The position numbers and the translations under genes are program-made. A stretch of DNA of 63,661 nt, filler included, from Octopus bimaculoides (taxonomy: Eukaryota), in NCBI RefSeq assembly GCF_001194135.2. It is 4 parts of 4 records of this genome, joined end to end, with 100 filler letters (N's around TTAATTAATTAA, not from the genome) between each part and the next. Parts side by side here need not be neighbours in the genome. Positions count along the whole stretch, not along the records: positions 27,544 to 51,259 come from NC_068984.1; positions 51,360 to 57,448 come from NC_068987.1; 2 more parts are not named here. The stretch is one strand, 5' to 3'. Positions 39,420-51,786 of the stretch are shown piece by piece. How positions within the stretch are numbered: position 1 is the stretch's first letter; each line of letters starts with the position of its first letter. Below the pieces are notes generated by a model. It saw only the letters and a list, made by a program, of their open reading frames with translations, was not told where the DNA came from and ran no database searches.

Positions 39420-39565
39420 TTTTCTAGGCCTGAAATTTGGGTGGGGGAGGCGGCCAGTTGATTAGATCGACCACAGTACACAACTGGTACTTAATTTATC
39501 GACCCCGAAAGGACGAAAAGCAAAGTCGACCTCGGCAGAATTTGAACTCAGAACGTAAAGACATG
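39420..39565 (-). mobile_element. SINE-B 3' two-thirds
   Basis: aactggtacttaatttatcgaccccgaaaggacgaaaagcaaagtcgacctcggcagaatttgaactcagaacgtaaagac. Confidence 0.85.
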
Positions 39566-39641
39566 GCCCCAGTACACTGTTTACAGATGCTTACATTTTT
39601 CTTGTTTTTCGTGAAATTTTCGCGGGTCCAGCTAGTAGGTA

Positions 39642-39687
<46 letters not shown>

Positions 39688-39893
39688 NNNNNNNNNNNNN
39701 NNNNNNNNNNNNNNNNNNNNNNNNNNNNNNNNNNNNNNNNNNNNNNNNNNNNNNNNNNNNNNNNNNNNNNNNNNNNNNNNNNNNNNNNNNNNNNNNNNNN
39801 NNNNNNNNNNNNNNNNNNNNNNNNNNNNNNNNNNNNNNNNNNNNNNNNNNNNNNNNNNNNNNNNNNNNNNNNNNNNNNNNNNNNNNNNNNNNN

Positions 39894-39927
<34 letters not shown>

Positions 39928-40236
39928 GTATGAATCTCATAAGGTTTCATACGGTACATACACAATCATCGGTGGAAAGGAGGGGAAAGTATTCTAATCC
40001 TGCCTGTTTAATTTATGTGTTATATATTTGTTTGGTAAATGATACGAAACGCAACAGAACAAAGGGAACGACCAGATGAATATGCAATATTTTTATGCTC
40101 TCAGATCGTGGGGAAAACAGGTTTAAATGAATTAACATTATAAAGTGCTCTACTTCGTTAAGATAGGGTTAAATATTGAATTAGATCTTGCAAAATATAC
40201 AATACTGTATCTCATTGTTATATGAATATTAATGTC

Positions 40237-40285
<49 letters not shown>

Positions 40286-41371
40286 AAAATATCATTAGGT
40301 AAAATATAAATATACTGGAAACAATATAGCCTGTATGTACATAGATTAAAATAAATATTCGTAAGAAACTCCACACTTAGAAATTTCAAACTCTCATGAG
40401 TTGCATGCACAATCCTCAATGGCAGACTCCAGTATATTTAGATGTTTAATTCATTTAACCTTTCTCAAGACAGCAAACACAATCATGACATTAACACACA
40501 CACGCACACACACACGCACGCGCGCACTCACGCACACACTGAATGGACAATAATTATTGAATATGAGTATGTGACATTTATGCGTTTCTCATATTTCAAA
40601 TGTGCTGAGTGAATGTGATCAATAAAAATATCTACAGCTTGGGAATTAGAATCGGTCTCTCTTTGAGCAAGGCATCTCGGTGTGTTTCCCATTACGTGTG
40701 GTCACACATCGTATTGGAAATAGCAGCTATATCTTTCAAATTTCACATTAGAAAGAGAAGACATTGGTTAAGGTAAATACGGTAGGGGTCCACATTAATA
40801 TAGTTAGTTGTAACAGTTAAATTAGTTGAAATTATTCAAGCAATCAATAGACGAAAAATATACTTACTCTTAGAGTGCTTAATGTCTAAATTCAGCAGGC
40901 AAAAATGCAAGAAGGATCTTTCTAAATTATAAGCCAAATGAAAGTTTTTTTTTTCAAAATGGATATCGATCTTGTCTTAGAGATATGTTACTATTTTATT
41001 AGACCTCCTCAATAAAACATGCCCTTTACAAGATTATAGGGGCTGATTCTATACATTGAGAGAAGTAGAAAGTAGAAAGCTGATTATGAATATCATCAAT
41101 ATGACTGAATGGAAAATTCTTTAGAATAGTGTTCTATATTAATATATATACGATAGAGTTTCAGATATATAATATAGAGAATTTAGAAGATGTAAAAAGC
41201 TTTATTTCTACAGTCAATTATACACCAGATCACATTTTAAATCATAACGTTCAAATTCAAAGAAACAGACAAAATAATTAAAAAAGAAAAAGAAAGTAAT
41301 AAAGGGGGTAAAGGAGGAAAAGATGGAGTGGGAGGGGATGATGGGCCATACACCTCAGAACAAATGATGTG

Positions 41372-41545
41372 CTAAGCGGCACCCGCAATAATGACAGCGA
41401 TGGCGTTGCCACGAAGAATGGACAAGGACAAGCGCTGCAACAACCACTCTACCTCGAGGGACTCATTTCTCAGACAGTCCGCCGTTATCCCGATTTTGCA
41501 GAAGAAATCGGTAGTACGGAGGCCGAAAACAATTGAAAATATTCG
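41372..41545 (-). mobile_element. CRE-clade non-LTR retrotransposon C-terminal fragment
   Basis: VFGLRTTDFFCKIG...EVEWLLQRLSLSILRGNAIAV matches the ETLG..G..A..F...IG...L.QRLS.AIQRGNA C-terminus typical of CRE-type RLE elements. Confidence 0.65.
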
Positions 41546-41830
41546 ATTGACTGAGATTATCCATGCAAGCGTAGATACTAAATCTATTAATTTCATGTAT
41601 AATCTCAGTTAACCAAGTCTTTTCATCTCACTATATTACATATACAAGTTCCTAACGCACTTGATATTTTTCTTCGGTTGTTTTGGGTTAATATAGTCTG
41701 GAAAAGATGGGGTCATAACTGTTTATAGCTAGAATACCTTTTATTAGAAGACTGGAATATTCATGTTAGAATTCCTGTAATTAGACCTGACCTAGGGTTA
41801 TAACAACAACATCTTAACCAATTACTTCAA

Positions 41831-42052
41831 CTTTTACTTGTTTCAGTCATTAGACTGCGGCCATGCTGGGGTACTGCCTTGAAGAATTTTAGTCGAACGA
41901 ATCGGCCCCAGTTTTTTTTTTTGCACTTAAAGCCTAGTACTTATTTTATCGGTTTTTTTTGTCGAACCACTAAGTTGTGGGGTCGTAAACACATCAATAC
42001 CGGTTGTCAGTTGGTGATGGGGGACGAATACAGACACAAAGGCGCGCGCACA
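41831..42052 (-). mobile_element. SINE-A 3' half
   Basis: cttttacttgtttcagtcattagactgcggccatgctgg...gcctagtactt...accggttgtcag. Confidence 0.85.
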
Positions 42053-42065
42053 TATATATATATTA

Positions 42066-42483
42066 GGCACAGTCGTGGCTGTGTGCTAAGAAGCATGCTT
42101 CCCAACCACATGGTTCCGGGTTCAGTCCTACTGCGTGGAACCTTAGGCAAGTATCTTCTACTATAGCCTACCAAAGCCTTGTGAGTGGATTTGGTAGACG
42201 TCGTATATATATATATATATATATATGATTGTGTGTGTGCGTGCGTGTATCTATGTGCGTGTCTTTTTGTCTGTATTTGTCCTTCCATCACCGCATGACA
42301 ACCGGTGGTGGCGTGTGTACGTCCACATAACCTAGCAGTTCAGCAAAAGAGATCAATAGGATAAGTACTAGCCTTTAAAAAAAATAAGTCCTGGTGTCAA
42401 TTTGTTCTATTAAAACCCTTCAAGGCTGTGCTCCAGCATGGCCGCAGTTAAATGACTGTAAAAAAGTAAAAGAATAAAAGAAT
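42066..42483 (+). mobile_element. SINE-A, full length (best plus-strand reference copy)
   Basis: ggcacagtcgtggctgtgtgctaagaagc...gggttcagtcctactgcgtggaaccttaggcaagt...(TA)n(TG)n...gtgctccagcatggccgcagttaaatgactg...agtaaaagaataaaag. Confidence 0.9.
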
Positions 42484-43009
42484 ATATATACATATGTATA
42501 TAACACGACGGGCTTCTTTTCAGTTTCCGCCTACCAAGTCTACTCTCAAGCTTTGGTCATACAGTTACGTAAAACAGTAATTTGTGCGTAGTATCGAGAC
42601 TTTGCACATCATCTTAAAAGTGAATTTTGTATCATAACATCCGATCGATCTAAGCATTGTGAGTTAACGTAGTTCTCAGGGAGAAGAATAAGAAAATAAT
42701 AAGAAAAATCAACTGTTTGATTCAGGAATACGAGAACACCTCACTGCACCCCATGCAAAAGACTATGGTATGATAGTGTGTACAGTATGTTTCTCAACCT
42801 ATTGGAGGCGTGGTATATCTGGAGTAATGGGTCTGTGGATCAGGGCGTATCTGTTGTTTGGCTGACTACCTGTGTACCTGCTTGTTTGACCAACCAACTA
42901 CGTGCCAAACTGCTTGACTCTGTATCTATACATCTTGTTATTTAACTCGCTACAAATCTCACTGAAGCTACACAGCAAAATCAAAGAGGCACCATCTTCA
43001 AACACACAC

Positions 43010-43068
<59 letters not shown>

Positions 43069-44983
43069 CACACACTTTCTCTTTTACTCTCAGACGAAGG
43101 CCAAGAGGAAGAAATGCTAAATTCTTCACTCCTCACGGCATCTGAACTTGAAGATTTTTTTCAACATTTCTACAGACTAACTGTTGACAGCCATAAAGGC
43201 CATTCTCACTTTCCTCAGATACCCCCGACAACAATAGCAACAGCCGTTTGATTAAGCTTAAGAGTAAATTCATGAAACAATTCCGCCATATTATTGTGCA
43301 TAAGAATCTCATAAGGTGAGCCAGACATCTAATAAAACTCTAGCTAAAGATTATTAGTATGCAGTTGCGAACATTGTGTTATGAAATTACAAGTTGTATA
43401 ATGAATTAATAGGAAATATTATTGGTGAATACAAATTACTATTTAAATATATATTTGGAAGTTGAATTTAATAAATATTAATTGATATAAATTAACAGTT
43501 TAATATTAATTCATGTGTACATTAATAAATATTTATTACTGATGTCTAGCATAGATACAATGCTACAAGTTTTGGGAAAGAAGGAATAATCAATGTTATC
43601 GACTCCAGTTACTGATGGGTATTTTGTTTTATCGATCCTAAAAGTATGAAAAGCAATGTCGTATTTGGCGGCTGGGTTTGCCTTCAGAGCGTAAAAGGAC
43701 ACCACTAAATACCGCGAAGTATCCTTTGTTTGATGATACTGTATAGCGTTTTTTCTTCTTTTATTTCTGGTCATATAAGTGTTATTTCATATTTGCTTCT
43801 ATCTAGAAATCAAAGGAAATTACTATCATTCCATTCATACTTTGCTTTTGTGACCTGGACATCAATACTTTGAAACTGACCTATTATCTGTTACATTTCA
43901 GACAGATTCAGAGCTGATTTGCAGACGCATAAATATCGTTGTAACAAATATTCTGCTCAATATCACAGATTTATTTGTCACTTGCTTGACTATAACCACT
44001 TGTGCATGTTCCTTAGTGACAGGCAATATGTGCATCTCTGATCATGAGCATGAGTAGTGGGTGAGGGAGTATCAGAGTTATGTGTTGAGAGGGATTCGTC
44101 AAGTTTGAATAAATGTAACAAAAGAAAAGTTTGATGGAGATATTAGCCATTTTTCATACTTTCTAAGAAATAACAGTTGCTACCCAAGAACAAAAATCGT
44201 GTTACACAGTGTGATTCATTCCAGTGAGATTTCCCAATAATGATCTGATGATCATTAGAGTCATAATCCTGTCACTCATTTGAGGGACAGCACTGAAAAA
44301 AACTAGACATCGCATCGTGATTTCGTAGAAAAATATTTTGGTATACTTTCACATAGCATTTTACTACAGGCATACTGAATTAGCTGAAAAATTTACAAGA
44401 TAAAAGATGACAACATAGGTATGAAATCATCCTCAGACTGGATGAGATCTGAACTGAATACTTGCTGCAGAGTTGACTAGGCTAAAAGTACCCAGAGACC
44501 AGATGGTGTTGTTAAATACAAACGGATTAAATCGAGTAACTAAGAAGAGAAACGCCCCCATGCATCCAACGGACTTCTACACAGTTTCAGTCTATAAACG
44601 TTATCTCTCAGAGTTTCGGTCGAACCGTTCTCGTGGTTGAACAGAAGTCAACAATGCTGCAAAGGGAGCTTGAATACTGAGTCACGTAGTTGCGAAGCGA
44701 ACCTCTTAACCATTCGTTCATGTTTATTCATAAATCAATAACCATAAAGTAAAACTATGATGTTAGCTTGTTGAATATATGAATATAAAGCCGTTTTGCT
44801 TTATCTAGGGCTTCATACGGTGCCTCAAAGGCTGTGAAAGTAACAAATCCTCGACCACAAAATATGAATACAAAATAGAGTATAACAAATGAAGAACAAG
44901 AAATCAAGTAAGGTTGAGATAAATAAACTATGTAACGTACAAGATTACATTCACAAGACAGACAATCATAAAATATCAGTTTG

Positions 44984-45033
<50 letters not shown>

Positions 45034-45140
45034 CGAGTGTATATGTATGCAACAGTAGTGTTTTCTATTTATTAATTAAGCACAGGCACTACTAATTATA
45101 TTGTTATTTATGTCTTTTGCTTAAGAATATATTCATATAC

Positions 45141-45190
<50 letters not shown>

Positions 45191-45894
45191 ATTAATGTAT
45201 GTATGTGCGTATGTATATTAAGCATACATATACATATATACATGCACACATACGTTCAATATATATACAAATACATATATATACGCATACACACAACACA
45301 CACAAACACAAATACTAACTCATGAATAATTTATTGCTCCCAAGAAGTTATTGTCTTATCTTTTGTGAACGTATTTTAATAACTCTAATACGAAAATATT
45401 CAATGGTGGTGCGTAGAGGTTACTAGGCGTTTTATGGTTCATTTGGTTGTGAAAGTGTCTATTCTGAAATTGTTTCCATAGTATGTTCTCCAGTGTATGG
45501 TTGGTTGCACACGTGTTTGTGCGTATATGTATACATACATACATACACACATACATACATACATGTGTGTATATATATATATAAATACACGCACATATGC
45601 ATATATACATGCATACATACATATACATCCATAAGTTTGTATTTATTTATGAATATGTATACGTATTTTTATATGTATATATTTCTTGTATTTGTTCTAT
45701 CATTTATTGGCCAATCACTCCTTTCTTTTCTTTCTTTTTTTTTTTTCGGAAGCAGAGTAACATAGTTATTTCCTTTCTTTTTCTCCTTCTTCAGAATAGA
45801 GATAATTAATTTATGTTCTTTGTAAAACATCGTTGGAAAGCAAAATTAAAATTCAGTTAAAATTAGACATTCTGTATTTTATGTGTAAGGAAAT

Positions 45895-45932
45895 TGCTAG
45901 ACACGTTTCGGTTAGTATGTCTCATCAGTGCA
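45895..45932 (-). ncRNA. Minimal type I hammerhead ribozyme motif with canonical core
   Basis: Minus strand UGCA-CUGAUGA-G(ACAUACUAAC)C-GAAA-CGUG-UC-U(A)GCA: intact CUGAUGA and GAAA, GUC cleavage triplet, 1-bp helix II, self-complementary ACGUGU helix III. Predicted cut between 45900 and 45899. Confidence 0.65.
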
Positions 45933-45947
45933 TCTAATGGACTACTT

Positions 45948-46536
45948 GTCAATCAATCATTTCATCCCACGCATGTTTATGCACCAGGAGGCACTTCACT
46001 GTTCTCAATCGGTTGCATGTTCAGCTATCTTTTTTCAGTGCCTGTTAACGGCCTTCAGATCCTCCGGAGAGTTCGACGCAAAGTAATCGTGGTCTTTCAC
46101 ATCATTGCCTTCTTTCTGTTGGTGCCCCGCTCAATATATATATTTTTTGCTAACCAATTATCTGGCTACCGCAGAACATGACTAACCTGTCGCATTTTAG
46201 TTCCGTTGCCATATCTTGGAGTGTTGGTAATGTTACTCTTCTTAAGGCGTCTTCATTTTTTTTCCTTTTTACATAATCGTAGTACAGAACTGTCAGGATT
46301 TCCGCAATCATTTTTGATTAAATGTATCCAAAGTTTACGTGATTCTTCACAGTTATTTCTCACACGAATAATACATATCTTTATTTTGGTGAAGCTAATG
46401 TATGTATATTTATCTATGTAACCGAAACACTTCCAACCCTTTCCTTCAACTATCTTATCCTCCTAAAGTCGCTCATGCTTAATCTTGCTTTACATATAAC
46501 TACTTTCATGCAGTAACGAAATATAAAGTGTAAGGG

Positions 46537-46602
<66 letters not shown>

Positions 46603-47340
46603 AATGATGGAGAATTGTCTTTTAGCAGTAGAAACAATCATTCTCATCTACCAGACAATATTTTCTTCCATGTAAGGTGAAATCAATATGTTGGCTGGTC
46701 ACTATCGTTGTGCCTCACTTAAAAAAAAAGTATGTTGCTCAACCGCTATATCTCATACTGTATCTACATTTTGTATTTCGGTGGGTGCAAATGATATACA
46801 GTGCATCTTCTTCAGGTGGTTTTCCTTCTATGCTGCTGGTGTTCTGCAGGTTATTGGCTTCTTTGGGTGTTTCACTCTCTGCTCTGTTGGTTTAGTGGAG
46901 AGTAATCGGCATCCTTAGTGGTACTCTGACCGAGCTTAGGGTGAGCAAATTGGCAGTTTGTCTTCATCACTCCAAGCTAGTAGCCATATTTTGCGTAGAA
47001 CCCACAGATAGCTTAGGTTTGCTGTTTTTCTTTTTAGTCTTGCGCTTGTATTACATACTTTGTTTTTTGTCTTGGTCTCTGTCATGTCTGTTATCTTACT
47101 TATTAGTGTCTCTTTCAGACCTTTCTTGAGTTGTGTCCTTTGTAGCAGTGGTAACTTTACTTGGCCAGTTCTGTTTTCTTCAGTCTGGCTTTGAGATAAG
47201 GTTTTAGGGTCGGCTTGAGTCATGTCTGCTTTCTCGGTATAAATCCTCAAGCACGGCGTTAGTTTCTCAGTTGTGGTCGTTTATAGATGTCGGGGCACCT
47301 TAGTTGCTGGTTTTCTTTGTGTGTGCTTACCTCATCTTCG
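45948..47340 (-). mobile_element. Decayed RTE-clade LINE (linker region and C-terminus; RT core missing around an (AG)n tract)
   Basis: EDALRRVTLPTLQDMATE / HVLR*PDNWLAK / KTTITLRRTL resemble the RTE C-terminus (EELLRRT.LP.L...RWAGHVLR.PD.RLAK...KTTWRRT). MEENIVW*MRMIVSTAKR resembles WEEE.IP.DW..G.IVPL.KK. Ends in a (TGAT)n tail. Confidence 0.55.
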
Positions 47341-47884
47341 TGCTGCATCAAATTATCCAATATACGTACATATAGCTTCACAAGGATATAAAAACAGATG
47401 AATTTGTTTATTTTCTTTTTTGTTAGTGTTGTTAAACCATAATAGCAGCAGCTCTATAATGCCTCTGCAATCAGATACTTGGGTGCAGTAAATTCAACCA
47501 ATTTCCATACTGATAAAAACAATCGGATTCCTGCAGTTTGCCAATTTCGTTTTACACTTAATATTTTGTTTTTCAAGATTTTTCTTTTAATAAAATTAGC
47601 TTTGTTGGCATTCATTGTATGAAAGATTTTTTTCCCTTTTGCCGAGAAAGCATGGCGACTTAGGATGAAGGTTGATTTGTTGTTAAGATAAAAAAATAGT
47701 CTAACTAGATTTGACTACTTGTAGGTGGCTCCCTAAGAGATTTACGATGAAAGCTGAAGAGTGTTTTGTTGTTCAGATAATAGATTTGTCTAATTAGATT
47801 TATGTTGTTTATGTATATAGACATACATACACACATCATATATATATGTGTGTGTGTGAGTGTATGTGTGTGTGTGAGTGTATG

Positions 47885-47927
<43 letters not shown>

Positions 47928-48440
47928 NNNNNNNNNNNNNNNNNNNNNNNNNNNNNNNNNNNNNNNNNNNNNNNNNNNNNNNNNNNNNNNNNNNNNNNNN
48001 NNNNNNNNNNNNNNNNNNNNNNNNNNNNNNNNNNNNNNNNNNNNNNNNNNNNNNNNNNNNNNNNNNNNNNNNNNNNNNNNNNNNNNNNNNNNNNNNNNNN
48101 NNNNNNNNNNNNNNNNNNNNNNNNNNNNNNNNNNNNNNNNNNNNNNNNNNNNNNNNNNNNNNNNNNNNNNNNNNNNNNNNNNNNNNNNNNNNNNNNNNNN
48201 NNNNNNNNNNNNNNNNNNNNNNNNNNNNNNNNNNNNNNNNNNNNNNNNNNNNNNNNNNNNNNNNNNNNNNNNNNNNNNNNNNNNNNNNNNNNNNNNNNNN
48301 NNNNNNNNNNNNNNNNNNNNNNNNNNNNNNNNNNNNNNNNNNNNNNNNNNNNNNNNNNNNNNNNNNNNNNNNNNNNNNNNNNNNNNNNNNNNNNNNNNNN
48401 NNNNNNNNNNNNNNNNNNNNNNNNNNNNNNNNNATATACA

Positions 48441-48471
<31 letters not shown>

Positions 48472-49137
48472 GTATGTATGTATGTATGTATGCATGTATG
48501 TATGTATGTATGTATGTATATAATTTCATGCGAACTGGATTACGATGAAAAATTGAAGAATAATTTTCCGTTATGAAGTAGTAAAACGAAATGAAGTAAT
48601 TTTTTTCCTATTTTGGCGCAAAAGCAGCAACTGGAAGAGGATGACCGACGACGTCGAACCTAGTGCTCAACTGGTAATTATTTTATCAACCCCAAAAGGA
48701 TGAAATGTAGAGCTGATCTTAAAGTTAGATGAAATAAAACAAAATGAAACTGTATGTCTATTATGAAAACTTAAAATATTTAAAAGTATCTTTAATATTA
48801 TAAATAAAACATACGATTAATGTGTAACCATGTGGATTTGCGAATATCGAGGTAAGGTGTTCAGAAAGTATAATACTTCATGCGAATTGGCGTAGTTTCT
48901 TCAACATGAGTTGCAAATTTTTAGACATGTACGGTTTTTTTGTGATTTTTGATGATTCTAGTTGCATTAAACCCAAGAATAGTATAAGTTGTCAGGATAG
49001 CAAAAACAAAAGAGAAAAAAAAACGCGTGCTACGATACAGGAGCCGTACATACATGCACATTTACCTACATACAGACACACGCACATATACACACACACA
49101 CACACACACACAAGTATGTATATATATTACCTTTCGT

Positions 49138-49544
49138 TTGTTTTGTTTTACTTGTGTCAGTCATTAGATTGCGGCCATACTGGGCACTGCCTTAACGAGT
49201 TTTTAGTCGAACGAATCGATATCAGTACTTATTTTTTAAAGCCTGGTACTTATTCTATCGGTCTCTTGGCCAAACTGCTAAGTTACGCGGACATAAACGC
49301 ACCAACACCAGTTGCCAGGTGGCGAAGGACAAGCACAAACACAAAGACACGTACGCACGCACATACGTACACGCACACACATACATATTTGACGGGCTTC
49401 TTTTAGTTTCCGTCTACCAAATCCAATCTTTGGTCAGCTCTAGGATATAGTAGGAGATATTCGCCCAAGGTGCAACATAGAGAGACTGAACCCGGAACTA
49501 TGTGCTTGAGAAGCACGCTTCTTATGACACAGCTACGTTTGCAC
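49138..49544 (-). mobile_element. SINE-A, full length (diverged)
   Basis: Homologous to 2021-2397 and 15295-15735. Confidence 0.85.
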
Positions 49545-49550
49545 GTATGT

Positions 49551-49593
<43 letters not shown>

Positions 49594-49845
49594 CTATTAT
49601 TATTATAATTACTATTTTCATTAGCGTCTTCTTTCAGTTGCTTCCATTTCTTGCCGAGTGTCTTCTTGACACCTAGGGCAGAAAAACGTACAGTATACAT
49701 TGGAAGACCATTAAAATAAACACACCAGATTGTTCATTTACAAAGTCATGTGATAGAGAGAAAGGAGGAGAAAGACAGAGAAAACGATGAAAAATAAAAA
49801 AATTAAAGAGAAAGCAAATAAAATAAAGGCGGGAAAACAGAAAAT

Positions 49846-50260
49846 TGATAGCGACAATGCTCTTCTCAATACGTGTGACGTACCAGTTAAGACAATCTTT
49901 TACGCTTCCTGCATGGATGGTAAGCCAGGGATCATTCTTAAATAATTTTCACTTCCTTTTTTGATCATTCCAAGTGCACCTATAATCATTGGTATTGTAA
50001 CCGCCATTAGACGCCACATCTTTTCGATTTCGATAAGCAAATCTCAATATTTTCTGAGCTTATCAAATTCTTTTGCCGAGATATTATGATGTCAGGATGT
50101 GCTCATATCAATCAATAAACAGACTTTATTGATTTGGTCTTTCACGACAATATCTGGTTTATTTGCTTTGATCGTCATGTACATACTGGGAAGTCCCAAA
50201 GAATTGTGACATTTCCTCCATCAGTTACAGCCTCAGGGTGTTGCTTTATATGATGATATG
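49846..50260 (-). mobile_element. Second R4/Dong-clade RLE fragment (older, different subfamily)
   Basis: HPEAVTDGGNVTILWDFPV / IKANKPDIVVKDQINKVCLLIDMS...AKEFDKLRKY*DLLIEIEKMWRL...IPMIIGALGMIKK...KIVLTGTSHVLRRALS is clearly homologous to 3347-3792. Confidence 0.85.
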
Positions 50261-50368
50261 ATATTGCAACGATTACGAAACATACAGCACAAAGATTAAG
50301 TGAAAATGAAGGAAACATATGGCATTAGTTTGACGCTCAGGAAATGGGGAAAAAAGAGAAAAAAGTAT

Positions 50369-50403
50369 TCTTTGACGTTTTAGTTATTCGCTCGTCTGAA
50401 AGA
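50369..50403 (-). ncRNA. Hammerhead relic (inactive)
   Basis: UCUUU-CAGACGA-G(CGAAUAA)C-UAAAA-CG-UC-AAAGA: same helix I and ACGUC as 62344, but U4 and G12 are mutated. Confidence 0.4.
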
Positions 50404-50959
50404 GTGGATAGAGATGGAGAGAAAAGAATGACGACGGAAAATTGGGGAAACGCATCTTGTATCTCCCGGCACGGTGAATGACCAGAAGTAATTTGAGACG
50501 ATAGGGTAAATGGTGGACGAAAGATTTCAGATCAGGCACGTTGGTAGACCAGAGTGCAGAAGGTATAGAAGAATAGGAAAGCTCGTGAATTCCTCATAGA
50601 TTGGCATTATAAAAATCAAAACAGTGTACGGTAAGACACAAGAAGCTAATTCTTGAGAAGGTAAGAATCCGGGGTTAGAGTTCCAAGAGAAAATCCAGGA
50701 AGAGGTCCACTGGCGAAATCATCCTTGAGAGGGGGGATTCTCCAAGAGGGGATGCGAGTTCAGTGTAAGAAAGATCAAGAATCAAATTATATATATACAT
50801 ATAGTTTTACATGTACACACATATGCTTATATATGTATATATTCATATGCATACATGAAATGTATATAAATTGTATGTATGCTACAGTCTAATGATAACA
50901 TCTGGCAATAGCAGATTTTTGGGGTTGCACCGAGCTGTGCCAATATTGTGAAAGGCGTA

Positions 50960-51126
50960 TTGCGAAAGTCAACCTTCCGAGTTCTTTTACAAGGCTTAGA
51001 AAAGCTGAAGGACCGCTGCAATAAGTATGTGTATCTGAGAGGAGAATATGTTGAATAAAATCATGATTAACTGATCCTCCTGTATTTTCTTTTACCCAAA
51101 GCCAGGAACATTTCAGCACCCACTCG
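50960..51126 (+). mobile_element. Mariner 3' end with TIR
   Basis: QGLEKLKDRCNKYVYLRGEYVE* followed by aagccaggaacatttcagcacccactcg|TA. Confidence 0.8.
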
Positions 51127-51259
51127 TATATAGCCAATTACGAATTAAATGGAGGACTTGTGCTGTTAACATTACCCAATCGCACATACTCAATGAATCT
51201 GTTTTGTTTGTTCGTCAGTTCGCTGCGACACAACGCTTTGGGGATGACTCCTTCATAGT

Positions 51260-51359
51260 NNNNNNNNNNNNNNNNNNNNNNNNNNNNNNNNNNNNNNNNN
51301 NNNTTAATTAATTAANNNNNNNNNNNNNNNNNNNNNNNNNNNNNNNNNNNNNNNNNNNN
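51260..51359. other. Artificial scaffold linker: 44 N + TTAATTAATTAA + 44 N
   Basis: Same 100-bp structure as 27444. Confidence 0.95.
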
Positions 51360-51412
<53 letters not shown>

Positions 51413-51635
51413 ACACACACACACACACGCTACTTCTGAAGTTATAAACATTCTAAATGTTTTCCCAACCCGACCATTATTCTCCGTACATTTGTTCTGC
51501 GTTTTACACTTGGTTTGCTCCTGTTTACGTAAACCTTGGGCTGTCCAACACTCCGAGCTATAACATATCCAAGCATTCTTTTTCTTGTTTATTGCTCTTT
51601 TTTTTTTTTACATTTCCTTTTATACACCTCTCTCT

Positions 51636-51678
<43 letters not shown>

Positions 51679-51725
51679 CTCTTTCTTTCTTTAATCATTC
51701 AGTCTGTCTGCTTCCAGGTACTTTG

Positions 51726-51786
<61 letters not shown>

